From an uncultured Actinomycetota bacterium (GTDB lineage: Bacteria; Actinomycetota; Actinomycetes; Mycobacteriales; Mycobacteriaceae), in the NCBI GenBank assembly GCA_963800315.1, contig CAWDAS010000009.1:266461-330460 (forward strand): a DNA stretch of 64,000 bases. Reading direction: 5' to 3'. Positions 11,414-22,939 of this stretch are shown piece after piece. Both the position numbers and the translations under genes were made by a program. The notes beneath the pieces were generated by a model. That model ran no database searches and was not told where the DNA came from. It saw only the letters and a list, made by a program, of their open reading frames with translations. The stretch's first letter is position 1, and each line of letters starts with the position of its first letter.

Positions 11414-12146
11414 ACCGGGTGGCCGAGGCCTGGTCGCGCGGCTTGAGGACGATGAGATCCAGGTCGACGTGGGACGGCCGAGAGGCCACGAATCCGACCA
11501 CCTCGGCCACGTCGGCCGCCACCAACGGGGTAAGGCCGCCGTAGACGGCGTCCGCGCGCTGCCGGTCGCCGTCGAAGCGGACCAGCGAGAATTCCGTCTC
11601 CACTGCGCCCGGGGCGATCTCGGTGAGCCGCACCGGCTTACCCAGCAGCTCGCCGCGCAGCGTGCGGTGCAGCGCCCCCTGGGCGTGCTTGGCCGCCGTG
11701 TATCCGGCGCCCCCGTCGTAAACTTCAAGCGCCGCAACGGAAGTGATTGTGACGATCAGGCCGTCGCCGGAGTCGATCAGTTTGGGCAGCAGCGCGCGGG
11801 TGACCCGCAGCGTGCCCATGACGTTGGTCTCCCACATCCAGCGCCAGTGGTCGAAGTCGGCGTCGGCGACCGGTTCCAGCCCGCGGGCGCCGCCGGCGTT
11901 GTTGACCAACACGTCCACCCGGCCCACTTGCGCCGCCAGCGCTTCGACCGCCGCGTCGTCTGTGACATCGGCCACAATGGCGGTTCCGCCGATCTCCCCG
12001 GCCAGGGCGTGGATCAGCTCCGCCCGGCGCGCCACCGCCACCACGTGGAATCCCTGTTCCGCGAGGGTGCGCGCGGTGGCCTCACCGATGCCCGAGCTGG
12101 CACCGGTGATCACCGCGACGCGTTTATTCCTGGTAGTTTCAGTCAT
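11397..12146 (-). CDS. Short-chain dehydrogenase (Rv0484c-like)
   Basis: [17 protein letters not shown]. Confidence 0.92.
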   Translation of the reverse strand: MTETTRNKRVAVITGASSGIGEATARTLAEQGFHVVAVARRAELIHALAGEIGGTAIVADVTDDAAVEALAAQVGRVDVLVNNAGGARGLEPVADADFDHWRWMWETNVMGTLRVTRALLPKLIDSGDGLIVTITSVAALEVYDGGAGYTAAKHAQGALHRTLRGELLGKPVRLTEIAPGAVETEFSLVRFDGDRQRADAVYGGLTPLVAADVAEVVGFVASRPSHVDLDLIVLKPRDQASATRFNRRG

Positions 12147-12320
12147 AGAAACAAGTTTAGTGAGTGTGCTAAATTTTACCGTGTGTACCTCGGCGCCATG
12201 TCCAGCACGACCACCGCGTGTCTTTTCGCGGCGGGTGCGTGTTGTTGCCGCGCACTTTGCCGCCCCTGACCTTCAGGCGTGGCCAAGGACCGGCCAGTAA
12301 AACTCGGACAAAGGACGCTC

Positions 12321-13643
12321 GTGCGCACGAATACCCTCTCCCACACTCATCATTCGCCGAACCCGACCGGGCACCGGCGGTTACACCGTCGGATCATGCC
12401 ACCGGCGTTGCATATCGCCGACTCGGCGGCGGCCTCGGTCTTCCGTGCCGTTCGCCTGCGCGGCCCCGTCGGCCGCGACGTCATCGCCGGGGTGACCTCA
12501 CTGAGCATCGCGACGGTCAACCGCCAGGTCATCGCGCTGCTCGAGGCCGGGCTGCTGCGGGAACGCGCCGATCTGGCGGTCGCCGGGGCGATCGGCCGCC
12601 CGCGGGTGCCGGTGGAGCTCAACCGCGAGCCGTTCGTCACGCTGGGCATCCATATCGGTGCCCGGACGACCAGCATCGTCGCCACCGACGTGTTGGGCCG
12701 CACGCTGGACACGGTCGAGACCCCGACGCCGCGCAATCCCGCCGGGCCCGCGCTGGAATCGCTGGCCGATAGCGCCGGCCGGTATCTGAGGCGCTGGCAC
12801 CGGCGCCGCCCGCTGTGGGTGGGGGTCGCGATCGGTGGCACCGTCGACGGCGCCACCGGCGTGGTCGACCACCCGCGGCTGGGCTGGCGGCAGGCGCCGG
12901 TCGGGCCCGTGCTCGCCGACGCGCTGGGATTGCCGGTGTCGGTGGCCTCCCACGTCGACGCCATGGCCGGCGCCGAGCTGCTGCTGGGCATGCGGCGATT
13001 CGTGCCCAGTTCACCCACGAGTCTGTACGTCTACGCCCGCGAGACCGTGGGCTATGCGCTGGTGATCGGCGGGCGGGTGCACTGCCCGGCCAGCGGCCCC
13101 GGCACCATCGCGGGCCTGCCCGTCCGCTCGGAGTTGCTCGGTGGCACCGGACAGCTGGAATCCACGGTCAGCGACGAAGCCGTGCTGGCCGCGGCCCGCC
13201 GGCGCAAGATCATTCCCAGCCTGCTGCCGTTTGCCCCCGCGGGTCGCAGCACCGGGTCCGCGACCGGCATCACCGACCTGGTGCGGGTGGCTCGAGCCGG
13301 CAACCAGCAGGCCAAAGACTTGCTGGCGGAGCGGGGCCGGGTGCTGGGCGAGGCGGTGGCATTGCTGCGCGACGTGCTCAACCCCGACGAACTGGTGGTC
13401 GGCGGCCAGGCTTTCACCGAGTACCCCGAAGCGATAGAGCACGTCGAGGCGGCGTTCGCCGCGCGTTCGGTGCTGGCGCCGCGCGACATCCGCGTCACCG
13501 CCTTCGGCAACCGGGTGCAGGAGGCCGGCGCCGGGGCGGTGTCGCTGGGCGGCTTGTATGCCGACCCGCTGGGTGCCATGCGGCGCGCCGGGGTGCTCGG
13601 CGCCGGCCTGCGCGATGTCGCGCCGGACGAGTCGTCCGCCTGA
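12321..13643 (+). CDS. ROK-family regulator (Rv0485-like)
   Basis: HTH SLSIATVNRQVIAL plus ROK domain; start approximate. Confidence 0.88.
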   Translation: MRTNTLSHTHHSPNPTGHRRLHRRIMPPALHIADSAAASVFRAVRLRGPVGRDVIAGVTSLSIATVNRQVIALLEAGLLRERADLAVAGAIGRPRVPVELNREPFVTLGIHIGARTTSIVATDVLGRTLDTVETPTPRNPAGPALESLADSAGRYLRRWHRRRPLWVGVAIGGTVDGATGVVDHPRLGWRQAPVGPVLADALGLPVSVASHVDAMAGAELLLGMRRFVPSSPTSLYVYARETVGYALVIGGRVHCPASGPGTIAGLPVRSELLGGTGQLESTVSDEAVLAAARRRKIIPSLLPFAPAGRSTGSATGITDLVRVARAGNQQAKDLLAERGRVLGEAVALLRDVLNPDELVVGGQAFTEYPEAIEHVEAAFAARSVLAPRDIRVTAFGNRVQEAGAGAVSLGGLYADPLGAMRRAGVLGAGLRDVAPDESSA

Positions 13644-13703
13644 CGCGGCCGCGTGTCCTGCGCGCTTGGGCCGGTCGACGGACCGTCCTGTAAAGATGAC
13701 AGT

Positions 13704-14978
13704 GTGCGGCACGATGACGTCTTCCGGCTGAACGAACCGCGCCGCGTTGCGGTGTTGGCGGTGCACACCTCGCCACTGGCCCAGCCCGGCACCGGCGACG
13801 CCGGCGGCATGAACGTCTATGTGCTGCAAACCGCGTTGCACCTGGCCCGGCGGGGCATCGACGTGGAGATCTTCACCCGGGCCACCGCGTCCGCCGATCC
13901 TGCGGTCACTCGGGTGGCCCCCGGCGTGCTGGTGCGCAACGTGGTGGCGGGGCCGTTCGAGGGTCTGGACAAATACGACCTGCCGACCCAGCTGTGTGCG
14001 TTCGCGGCCGGTGTGCTGCGCGCCGAGGCGTCGCACGAACCGGGCTACTACGACATCGTGCACTCGCACTATTGGCTGTCCGGACAGGTCGGCTGGCTCG
14101 CCCGCGACCGCTGGGCAGTGCCGTTGGTGCACACCGCGCACACGCTCGCCGCGGTGAAGAATGCCGCACTGGCCGACGGCGATGCGCCCGAGCCGCCGCT
14201 GCGCACGGTCGGGGAGCAACAGGTCGTCGACGAGGCGGACCGGCTGATCGTCAACACCGATGACGAAGCCAAGCAGTTGATTTCGATCCATCACGCCGAC
14301 CCGGCCAGGATCGACGTGGTCCACCCCGGCGTGGACCTCGACGTCTTCCGCCCGGGTGATCGCCGGGCGGCGCGGGCCGCCCTCGGACTGCCGCCCGACG
14401 CGCACGTGGTGGCGTTCGTCGGGCGAATCCAGCCGCTGAAGGCGCCCGACATCGTGCTGCGCGCCGCCGCGCAATTGCCCGGCGTGCACATCGTGGTCGC
14501 CGGCGGGCCGTCGGGCAGCGGTTTGGCCGCCCCGGACGGCCTGGCCCGGCTGGCCGCGGACCTGGGGATCGCCGCGCGGGTGACCTTCCTGCCCCCGCAG
14601 TCCCGCGCGAACCTGGCCACCGTGTTCCAGGCCGCCAGCCTGGTCGCCGTGCCGAGCTATTCGGAGTCGTTCGGCCTGGTGGCCATCGAGGCGCAGGCGT
14701 GCGGCACGCCGGTGGCGGCGGCCGCGGTCGGCGGCCTGCCAGTGGCGGTGCGCGACGGGATCACCGGCACGTTGGTGTCCGGCCATGGCGTCGACCAATG
14801 GGCGGATGCCCTCGACCGGCTGCTGCGCCTGAGCCCCCGGCGGGCGGCGGCCATGAGCCGCGCGGCGGCCGCGCACGCGGCCACGTTCTCCTGGGACAAC
14901 ACCACCGACGCACTGCTAGCCAGCTACCGCCGGGCGATCTGGGACTTCGCCGCCGAGCGCCGCGGGGTGGGCGCATGA
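13704..14978 (+). CDS. mshA: D-inositol-3-phosphate glycosyltransferase
   Basis: [41 protein letters not shown]. Confidence 0.96.
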   Translation: MRHDDVFRLNEPRRVAVLAVHTSPLAQPGTGDAGGMNVYVLQTALHLARRGIDVEIFTRATASADPAVTRVAPGVLVRNVVAGPFEGLDKYDLPTQLCAFAAGVLRAEASHEPGYYDIVHSHYWLSGQVGWLARDRWAVPLVHTAHTLAAVKNAALADGDAPEPPLRTVGEQQVVDEADRLIVNTDDEAKQLISIHHADPARIDVVHPGVDLDVFRPGDRRAARAALGLPPDAHVVAFVGRIQPLKAPDIVLRAAAQLPGVHIVVAGGPSGSGLAAPDGLARLAADLGIAARVTFLPPQSRANLATVFQAASLVAVPSYSESFGLVAIEAQACGTPVAAAAVGGLPVAVRDGITGTLVSGHGVDQWADALDRLLRLSPRRAAAMSRAAAAHAATFSWDNTTDALLASYRRAIWDFAAERRGVGA

Positions 14979-15496
14979 CCTCGACCGTGGAGCGGGTGAT
15001 CGAGGATGCGCTGCAGGCCAGCGGACTGACCTACGAAAAACGCGCCGGCGCGCACGGCGGGCTGTCCGGACTCGTGGTGGAACTGCCCGGCGAGCGCAAG
15101 CTCAAAACCAACACCATCTTGAGCATCGGTGAGCATTCGGTGCGCGTCGAGGCGTTCGTGTGCCGCAAGCCCGACGAGAACCACGAAGGTGTCTACCGTT
15201 TCCTGCTCAAGCGCAACCGCCGCCTGTATGGCGTGGCCTACACCCTGGACAACGTCGGCGACATCTATCTGGTGGGGCGCATGTCGCTGACGTCGGTCGA
15301 CGCCGACGAGCTCGACCGCGTGCTGGGACAGGTGCTCGAAGCGGTGGATTCGGACTTCAACACGTTGCTGGAGTTGGGTTTTCGCTCGTCGATCCAGAAG
15401 GAGTGGGACTGGCGGGTGTCCCGCGGCGAGTCGCTGAAAAACCTGGAGGCGTTCGCCCACCTGATCGACGACGAAGACGACGATCCGAGCCCATGA
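14975..15496 (+). CDS. YbjN-domain protein (Rv0487-like)
   Basis: ATGA overlap with msh[10 protein letters not shown] and [13 protein letters not shown] motifs. Confidence 0.88.
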   Translation: MTSTVERVIEDALQASGLTYEKRAGAHGGLSGLVVELPGERKLKTNTILSIGEHSVRVEAFVCRKPDENHEGVYRFLLKRNRRLYGVAYTLDNVGDIYLVGRMSLTSVDADELDRVLGQVLEAVDSDFNTLLELGFRSSIQKEWDWRVSRGESLKNLEAFAHLIDDEDDDPSP

Positions 15497-15509
15497 GAGA
15501 CTTGCCGGC

Positions 15510-16259
15510 ATGGGAGACACTGCCACGTTGGTGTTGCTTCGTCACGGCGAGAGCGAATGGAACGCGAGCAATCAGTTCACCGGGTGGGTGGACGTCGACC
15601 TGACCGAAAAGGGCCGGACCGAGGCGGTGCGCAGCGGCGAGCTGCTGGCCGAGCACCACCTGTTGCCCGACGTGCTGTACACATCGCTGCTGCGGCGCGC
15701 GATCACCACCGCCCACCTCGCGTTGGACGCGGCCGACCGGCTCTGGATCCCGGTGCGGCGCAGCTGGCGGCTCAACGAACGCCACTACGGGGCGCTGCAG
15801 GGGCTGAACAAGGCCGAGACCCAGGCCCGCTACGGCGAGGAGCAGTTCATGGCCTGGCGGCGCAGCTACGACACGCCGCCACCACCGATCGAGCGGGGCA
15901 GCAAGTACAGCCAGGACACCGACCCCCGCTACGCCGACATCGGCGGCGGTCCGCTGACCGAGTGTCTGGCCGACGTGGTGGTTCGATTCCTGCCCTACTT
16001 CACCGACGTCATCGTCCCCGATCTGCGCAGCGGCAAGACGGTGCTGGTCGTCGCGCACGGCAACTCGCTGCGCGCCCTGGTCAAGTACCTCGACCAGATG
16101 CCGGACGACGACGTCGTCGGGCTGAACATCCCGACCGGCATTCCGCTGCGCTACGACCTGGACACCGAGCTGCGGCCGTTGGTGCCGGGCGGCGCGTATC
16201 TCGACCCGGAGGCGGCCGCGGCGGGCGCCGCCGCGGTAGCTAGCCAGGGGCGCGGGTGA
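15510..16259 (+). CDS. gpmA: 2,3-BPG-dependent phosphoglycerate mutase
   Basis: [30 protein letters not shown]. Confidence 0.97.
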   Translation: MGDTATLVLLRHGESEWNASNQFTGWVDVDLTEKGRTEAVRSGELLAEHHLLPDVLYTSLLRRAITTAHLALDAADRLWIPVRRSWRLNERHYGALQGLNKAETQARYGEEQFMAWRRSYDTPPPPIERGSKYSQDTDPRYADIGGGPLTECLADVVVRFLPYFTDVIVPDLRSGKTVLVVAHGNSLRALVKYLDQMPDDDVVGLNIPTGIPLRYDLDTELRPLVPGGAYLDPEAAAAGAAAVASQGRG

Positions 16260-16413
16260 GGTCGGCCGGCGGGCCCGATCTGGGGCGTCAAAGGCCCGTT
16301 TGCCAAACATCGTGTGAACGGGAGCGGAACACCTGTGGCGCAAGATGTGACTTGTCCGATTTTGGCCTCGCTCCGCTAGGGCGGCGTTAAGGAAGATTTG
16401 TAGGATTTTCTAT

Positions 16414-17646
16414 GTGACTGTGTTCTCGGCGCTGTTGCTGGCCGGGGTCTTGTCCGTGCTGACACTGGCCGCAGGTATTGCGGTCGGGCAGCGGCTGTCG
16501 CCGCGGGCGGTCCAACGCCGACAACGAGTGACCACCGAATGGACCGGGATCACCGTCGCGCAGATGCTGCAACGCATCGTCGCGCTGATGCCGCTGGGCG
16601 TCGCCGTGGTGGATTCCCATCGCGATGTCGTTTACCTCAACGAACGGGCCAAGGAGTTGGGCCTGGTGCGGGACCGGCAGCTCGACGACCAGGCGTGGCA
16701 GGCCGCACAGCAGGCGCTGACCGGCATCGACGTCGAATTCGACCTGCGGCCGGCCAAGCGCGCGGCGGGCCGGTCCGGGTTATCGGTACACGGGCAGGCC
16801 CGGCTGCTCAGCGAAGAAGACCGCCGGTTCGCCGTGGTCTTCGCCCACGACCAGTCGGACTATGCGCGCATGGAGGCGACCAGGCGTGACTTCGTGGCCA
16901 ACGTCAGCCACGAGCTCAAGACCCCGGTCGGCGCCATGGCGTTGCTCGCCGAGGCCCTGCTGGCGTCGGCCGATGACTCCGAAACCGTGCGCCGGTTCGC
17001 CGAAAAGGTGCTCGTCGAAGCCAACCGGCTGGGGGACATGGTCGCCGAGCTGATCGAGCTGTCCCGGCTGCAGGGCGCCGAGCGGCTGCCCAATGTCACC
17101 GAGGTTGACGTCGACACGGTTGTCAGCGAAGCGATTGCCCGGCACAAGGTGGCCGCTGACAACGCCGAGATCGAAGTTCGCACCGACGCACCCAGCGGCC
17201 TGCGGGTGCTGGGCGACGAAACGCTGCTGGTGACCGCCCTGGCCAATCTGGTCTCCAATGCGATCGCCTATTCGCCGCCGGGTTCGCCGGTGTCGATCAG
17301 CCGGCGCCGCCGCGGTGACAACGTCGAAATCGCCGTGACCGACCGCGGTATCGGGATCGCCCTGGAAGACCAGGAGCGGGTCTTCGAGCGGTTCTTCCGG
17401 GGGGACAAGGCCCGCTCGCGCGCCACCGGTGGCAGCGGGCTGGGCCTGGCTATCGTCAAACACGTTGCGGCCAACCACAACGGCAGCATCGGTGTGTGGA
17501 GCAAGCCGGGCACCGGATCGACATTCACCCTGTCCATTCCGGCGGTTCCCCCGGCCCAGCCAGGCAACGACGAGCAACCCGAGCCACCGCAGGGTCGTGA
17601 GGTGCGGCCCAACCGGTCACAACGAGAGGAAGAACTAAGTCGATGA
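16414..17646 (+). CDS. senX3: Sensor histidine kinase SenX3
   Basis: H-box [10 protein letters not shown]1 (DRGIGI) and G2 (GSGLGL) boxes; 410 aa. Confidence 0.96.
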   Translation: MTVFSALLLAGVLSVLTLAAGIAVGQRLSPRAVQRRQRVTTEWTGITVAQMLQRIVALMPLGVAVVDSHRDVVYLNERAKELGLVRDRQLDDQAWQAAQQALTGIDVEFDLRPAKRAAGRSGLSVHGQARLLSEEDRRFAVVFAHDQSDYARMEATRRDFVANVSHELKTPVGAMALLAEALLASADDSETVRRFAEKVLVEANRLGDMVAELIELSRLQGAERLPNVTEVDVDTVVSEAIARHKVAADNAEIEVRTDAPSGLRVLGDETLLVTALANLVSNAIAYSPPGSPVSISRRRRGDNVEIAVTDRGIGIALEDQERVFERFFRGDKARSRATGGSGLGLAIVKHVAANHNGSIGVWSKPGTGSTFTLSIPAVPPAQPGNDEQPEPPQGREVRPNRSQREEELSR

Positions 17647-17695
17647 CCCGCGCTGACGACGCTGCAGAGCGTAGCGATGAGAAGGAGTGGCGCGC
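17643..17695 (+). repeat. Single 53-bp MIRU in the senX3-regX3 gap; encodes the mini-[21 protein letters not shown] (17643-17699)
   Basis: ATGACCCGCGCTGACGACGCTGCAGAGCGTAGCGATGAGAAGGAGTGGCGCGC matches the recalled MIRU core; ATG-to-ATG distance is exactly 53; ATGA overlaps at both ends. Confidence 0.88.
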
Positions 17696-18379
17696 ATGAC
17701 CAGTGTGCTGATCGTGGAGGACGAGGAGTCGCTGGCCGACCCGCTGGCGTTCCTCCTGCGCAAGGAGGGCTTCGAGGCCACGGTCGTAACCGATGGGCAG
17801 TCCGCGCTGGCCGAGTTTGAGCGTGGTGGCGCCGACATCGTGCTCCTCGATTTGATGCTGCCGGGCATGTCCGGCACCGACGTGTGCAAGCAGTTGCGCG
17901 CCCGGTCCAGCGTGCCGGTGATCATGGTGACCGCCCGCGACAGCGAGATCGACAAGGTCGTCGGGCTGGAGCTCGGCGCCGACGACTATGTCACCAAGCC
18001 GTATTCGGCGCGGGAGTTGATCGCCCGGATCCGCGCGGTGCTGCGTCGTGGCGGTGACGACGACTCGGAGATCAGCGACGGCGTCCTCGAGTCCGGCCCG
18101 GTCCGGATGGACGTCGAGCGACACGTGGTCTCGGTCAACGGTGACGCAATCACCTTGCCGCTCAAGGAATTCGACTTGCTCGAGTACCTGATGCGCAACA
18201 GCGGCCGGGTGCTCACGCGCGGCCAGTTGATCGACCGGGTATGGGGTGCGGACTACGTCGGCGACACCAAGACGCTCGACGTTCACGTCAAGCGCCTGCG
18301 GTCCAAGATCGAGGCCGACCCGGCCAACCCGGTGCATCTGGTGACGGTGCGGGGCCTGGGCTACAAGCTCGAGGGCTAG
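17696..18379 (+). CDS. regX3: Response regulator RegX3
   Basis: VLIVEDE, LLDLMLP, GADDYVTKP, OmpR wHTH TVRGLGY. Confidence 0.97.
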   Translation: MTSVLIVEDEESLADPLAFLLRKEGFEATVVTDGQSALAEFERGGADIVLLDLMLPGMSGTDVCKQLRARSSVPVIMVTARDSEIDKVVGLELGADDYVTKPYSARELIARIRAVLRRGGDDDSEISDGVLESGPVRMDVERHVVSVNGDAITLPLKEFDLLEYLMRNSGRVLTRGQLIDRVWGADYVGDTKTLDVHVKRLRSKIEADPANPVHLVTVRGLGYKLEG

Positions 18380-18873
18380 CGCGACGGCTCTGTCGGCAGG
18401 GGTCCGTTGGCGTCGAAAGCGGTCCGGACGTCGTCGCTTGCGCTCAACGTAACGCGCCGACGCATGTCCGCCGTCATCGGCGGAAGCTTGTCGAGGTCGA
18501 ACCACGCGGCCGCGGTGCCCTCGTCGTCGGCTGCAAACGGCTCGCCGGATAGCCCCCGCATCCGAAACACGTGATCCAGATACTGGGCCTGATCACCGTT
18601 GGCGTGCACGGTCGGCCGGGTCACGTGCACCCAAGCGAGACGGGTAGCCCGCGCGCTGACCCCGGTTTCCTCGCTCACTTCCCTGGAAGCGCAATCCGCC
18701 GGATTCTCTCCCGGCTCGACGATCCCGGTCACCGCCGTCCAGGCACCGTTGTCGGAGCGCTTGACCAGCAATACTTCTCGGTCGCGGATCGTGACGGCCG
18801 TGATGCCGGGCAGCCACAACGGGGCACTGCCGACCGCGCGACGAAGCTCGACGATGAAGTCGGGGACCGGCAT
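18376..18873 (-). CDS. Nudix hydrolase
   Basis: Nudix box G-IVEPG-E-NPADCAS-REVSEETG; converges on regX3 with a 4-bp overlap. Confidence 0.9.
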   Translation of the reverse strand: MPVPDFIVELRRAVGSAPLWLPGITAVTIRDREVLLVKRSDNGAWTAVTGIVEPGENPADCASREVSEETGVSARATRLAWVHVTRPTVHANGDQAQYLDHVFRMRGLSGEPFAADDEGTAAAWFDLDKLPPMTADMRRRVTLSASDDVRTAFDANGPLPTEPSR

Positions 18874-18913
18874 TCACCGTTCTTAACACATCGGGCGCCA
18901 GCGGCAATGCCGA

Positions 18914-18990
18914 CGAGTGTGCGTTGACGGCGTCGCGCGTGAAATGGGGGCGGGAGCCACCGGCGTGTCGTCGCCCGGGACGCACACTCG
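18914..18990. repeat. REP-like imperfect palindrome
   Basis: CGAGTGTGCGT (18914-18924) ... ACGCACACTCG (18980-18990). Confidence 0.65.
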
Positions 18991-18991
18991 A

Positions 18992-20879
18992 CTAGCCGGC
19001 GCCGCCCACGTCGCCGACCACCTCGTCGGCCACACCCAGTGCCAGCGCCATGATCGACACCTGCGGGTTCACCTCCGGGCAGCTGGGCAGGATCGACGCG
19101 TCGGCCACCCAGACACCGTCGACCCCACGCAGCCGGCCGGCCGGGTCCACCGGGCAGCGCTGCTCGTCGGCGCCCGCGGCCGCGGTCCCGGTCGGATGGA
19201 ACGCGGCCAGGTGCAGGCTTGTCGGATTGCTGCGCCCCAGCGCATCCTGCAGCGCGCGCAGCGAGGTGACCGTCGATGCCCCGGGCAGGCCGGTGAGCAC
19301 CTCGACGGCGCCCGCGGCGAACAGCAACCGGCCCATCGCCTCGATCGCGACCACGAGCTTGCCGATGTCGTCCCTGTCGATGCTGTAGCGCACCAGGGTC
19401 TCGCCGCGCACGGAGAACACCGAGCCGACGCCGCGATCGGCCACCATGGCGCCGAACGTCGCGACCCGGGGCGCCCGGTCCAGCCAGCCGAGCAGGTCGG
19501 CGCCGTAGCCGGGGAACACCATCGACCCCATGCCCGGCGGCGTGGACGTCGCCTCGATCAGCACGCCGTGGGACTCGTGCAGCTCATGCACGGCGGCGCT
19601 CTGCAACACGCCGTGCCATGCCACGACGTCGTCGTCGAAGCGCCCGGCCAGCATCGTCGCCGGATGCAGCGCGAGATTTCGGCCCAGCCGCGGGTGTCGG
19701 CCAAGTCCGCTGCGCCGCAACAGCTCTGGCGTCTCGGTGGCGCCAGCGGCCACGACCACGGTGTCCGCCAGAACGTCGAGCGCGGTGCCGTCGGGCCGGC
19801 GGGCCCGCACGCCGCGGGCGCGTCCGTGCCGGTGCAGCACCCGCTCGACGCGCGCGTGCGAGATGATGCGCGCGCCGGCCGCGCAGGCCTGCGGCAGCGC
19901 GTTGAGGTGCACGCCGAACTTGGCGTTGCGCGGGCAGCCGATCGCGCACTGGCAACAGCCCCCGCAGCCCGGGGCGTTGCGCGGGATGGGTGCCGCCGCC
20001 CAGCCCAGCGTCGCCGCGGCATCGAGCAGCAGGCGACCGTTGCGGCCCATGATCTTCAGCGGCACCGGCGCGACCCGCAGCGTGCGTTCGACGTCGTCGA
20101 GGCGTTCCGTCAGCCGGTCGTGGTCGGCCAGGTCGAGGCCGAACTCGTCGCGCCAGCGCCGCTGCACGCCCGGCGGCGGGCGATAGCAGGTGCCGGAGTT
20201 CACCACGGTCGTGCCCCCGACCGCGCGCCCGATGGGCAGCACCACCGACGGGCGTCCCAGTGCGACGGTGGCCCCGGCGCCGCGGTACAACCCTGCGTAG
20301 CGATCGATCGGGTGGGTGGTGCGGAATTCCTCGACCGTCCAGCGACGTCCCTCCTCGAGCAGGACGGTGTTCAGGCCGGACCGCGCCAGGGTGCGGGCCG
20401 CCATCGCGCCACCGGCGCCCGAGCCGACGATCACCGCATCGGCGGTGATCACCGAGCGGCTGTCGACCGAGGGCGTGACGTTCAGGGCCGCGTCGGGGCG
20501 CGCCACGTCGTGCTGCTGGGCCCGCGAAAGCAGTTCCGGCGCATAGCTATCGGCACCGTTGGCGAGCAGCACGATCGCCTTCATGGCTTCGACGGCCGCA
20601 CCGGCTTCCGGGTTGAGCGCGGCCACCCGGCGCAGCACCTCATCGCGTTGGGCGGGGCCCAGCCGCGCCAAAGACCGGCCGGTGGTGAGGTAGCTTGCCG
20701 CGCCCAGCTGACAGCAGCCCGGCCCGCATGGCCAACCGTGAGGTCGCGGGCAGCTGCCGCAGATAGCGCTCGACGCGGTCGACGAGCTGGGCCGATGCCG
20801 GGCCGCCGCATTCCTCGGGCAGCAGCGCGGTGCCGAACGACGCGACCGAGGCCCTAGCCCGCCCGGCGAGGCGGCTCAT
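18992..20879 (-). pseudogene. GMC oxidoreductase (Rv0492c-like) with an apparent +1 frameshift near 20711
   Basis: MSRLAGR start at 20879; frame switches at GLLS/LGAASYLTT; VGSGAGG FAD motif and VADASILP in the long downstream frame. Confidence 0.8.
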
Positions 20880-21205
20880 ATCAGGCGGCCGAGGCGGCGA
20901 CCCAACTTGATGAAGAACGGGTACGTCGCGAAGATGGCGCCCGCCGCGGCGTGCAGGGGCCAGCGCGCCTCTTCGGTGTTGACGCCGAAAACACCGCTGT
21001 TCCACATGAAGTCGCGGCCGTTGCGGGCGCGGAACGGCCGCCACAGCACGCCGAGCCCGGGCACGTTGTGGTAGAGCCCGAACGATCCGCCGAAGAAGAC
21101 GCCGAGGGTGGCGGCCTCGGCGACGTCGCGACGATCGGAGGGCACACGCTGCTCGATGAGCACCCCGGAGGCAACCAGTAGCGGCGGGTCGAGCAGAAAA
21201 CTCAT
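20876..21205 (-). CDS. Small membrane protein (Rv0492A-like)
   Basis: MSFLLDPPLL...GRDFMWNSG; here in frame with the upstream gene because of a +1 shift. Confidence 0.8.
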   Translation of the reverse strand: MSFLLDPPLLVASGVLIEQRVPSDRRDVAEAATLGVFFGGSFGLYHNVPGLGVLWRPFRARNGRDFMWNSGVFGVNTEEARWPLHAAAGAIFATYPFFIKLGRRLGRLI

Positions 21206-22164
21206 GTCGGGATCCTTTCGTTGATGTGCGGGCGCCTCGCTGCCGCGCAGGCCCACTTCGGCGTGCCCGGTACCCAGTACCGACCAATGCCGCTCGTCGA
21301 TCTCGATGTGCACGTCGGCTTGCTCGGTGTTGGTGCACACCGCCGTGGCGCCGTCGGGATCGGTATAGCTGAGGCTCACGCATCTGTCCGGGGGCTGGTC
21401 GACCCGGATGAGCACCCTGCGACCGCCGACGCGCCCCTCCAGCTGCCAGTGCCGCAGGCCCAGCGTCGTCCGCATCCGCAATGACGGCAAAACGCTTGCG
21501 GGCCAATCCTTTCCGTCGATGCGCAGGCGGACGAACGCCATCGGGGCCAGCTTGCGCAGCCCCGGCTTGTGCGACACGGCGGTGACCACCTCGCACACGT
21601 CGCCGCCGCCGAGGTCGGCGTGGATCCAGCCCCAGCGCTTGGCGTTGCCGTGTCCGTAGATGTGTGCGACGCCGCCGCGCCACCCCTCGATGGGCGCGGC
21701 GGTGTCGTCCACGGTCAGTGCGCCGGTGAAGTCGGCGGTGGGGGCCAGCACCACCTGGGCGCCCGGCAGCAGCTCGCGCTCCCACGCCGCCCGGGGGAAC
21801 GTCCACAGCGGGGTGCCGGTGTCCGTCCAGGACAGGTCCCAGGCGATCGATCCGGCGCGTCCGGTGAGCTTCTCCGGGGCCACGGTCACCCCCGCCGCGT
21901 CGAACCAGGCCTCGAAACGGGGAAGCCGGCCGCGGGCCGGGTGGGCTCGGGACCGAACCGCTCGGTGCGTGGCGGGCCGTCGGGCGGAAACCAGGTGACC
22001 CAGCCGTGCGCGTAGGGGGCTCCCGACAGCGGCGCGACCGTCTCGCAGTGCACCCACAGCCCGGCGCGCGTCCGCGGGTCGGACAGGGTGGCGTACCACA
22101 CTTCCAGCCGCCCGGCCTTGCCGTGCCAGCGCGGTGCCGCGGCCGACCGCATTTCGTCGTCCAA
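21202..22164 (-). pseudogene. Rv0493c-like protein with two apparent frameshifts (about 21920 and 21228)
   Basis: GRLEVWYATLSD N-part and WFDAAG..HIYGHGNAKRWGWIHA C-part are in different frames; the expected terminal INERIPT* lies in a shifted frame. Confidence 0.75.
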
Positions 22165-22208
22165 TGCTCACCTCCTGCGCCGGTCCGTCCACTATATTGG
22201 TTGAGCCA

Positions 22209-22929
22209 ATGAACCAGTCAAGCCTCGCTGCAGCCGCCGGATCGTCAGCGCGTGGACGAACAGATCGCCGCGTCGATCGCCGACGCGGTCCTGGACGGCG
22301 TTTTTCCGCCGGGTTCGACGTTGCCGCCCGAGCGCGAGCTGGCCGAACAGCTGGGCGTCAACCGCACGTCGCTGCGGCAGGGTCTGGCGCGGCTGCAGCA
22401 GATGGGCCTGATCGAGACCCGGCACGGCAGCGGCAACGTGGTGAAAGACCCGCAGGCGCTCACCCACCCGGCGGTGGTCGAGGCACTGGTCCGCAAATTG
22501 GGCCCCGAATTCTTGGTTGAGCTGCTGGAAATCCGCGCGGCGCTGGGCCCGTTGATCGGCCGGTTGGCGGCGCGGCGGGGGGGTCCCGAAGACGCCGACG
22601 CCCTGCGCGCGGCGTTGGCTGCGGTCGAGGAGGCCGGCAGCGCCGCGGCGCGCCAGGCCGCCGACCTCGCCTACTTCCGGGTGCTCATCCGCGGCAGTCG
22701 CAACCGCGCGTTGGGGTTGCTGTACCGCTGGGTCGAGCAGGCGTTCGGCGGCCGCGAGCACGAACTGACCGCCGCCTACGAGGACGCCACCGCCCTGGTG
22801 GCCGACCTACGCGCGATCACCGAGGCCGTGCTGGCCCGCGACGCGACGGTGGCCGCCGCGGCCGTCGAGTCGTACCTGCACGCCAGCGCGCTGCGCATGG
22901 TGGTGGCTTACCAATCGCACGCCACCTGA
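22209..22929 (+). CDS. GntR/FadR regulator (Rv0494-like); +1 shift near 22227, alternative GTG start at 22252
   Basis: [31 protein letters not shown] and [12 protein letters not shown] are out of frame by one base. Confidence 0.85.
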
Positions 22930-22939
22930 CCGGGCCCGA

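Noticed and set aside
13011-14876. 621-aa minus-strand ORF, and similar long antisense ORFs (18917-20857, 10121-11737, 48314-49795, 41621-42868, 35257-36339)
   Set aside because: Shadow frames of well-supported genes in high-GC DNA; no family motifs
16313-16332. GTGAAC-N7-GAACAC as a RegX3 autoregulatory site
   Set aside because: Only one half matches the recalled GTGAAC inverted repeat; too weak to call
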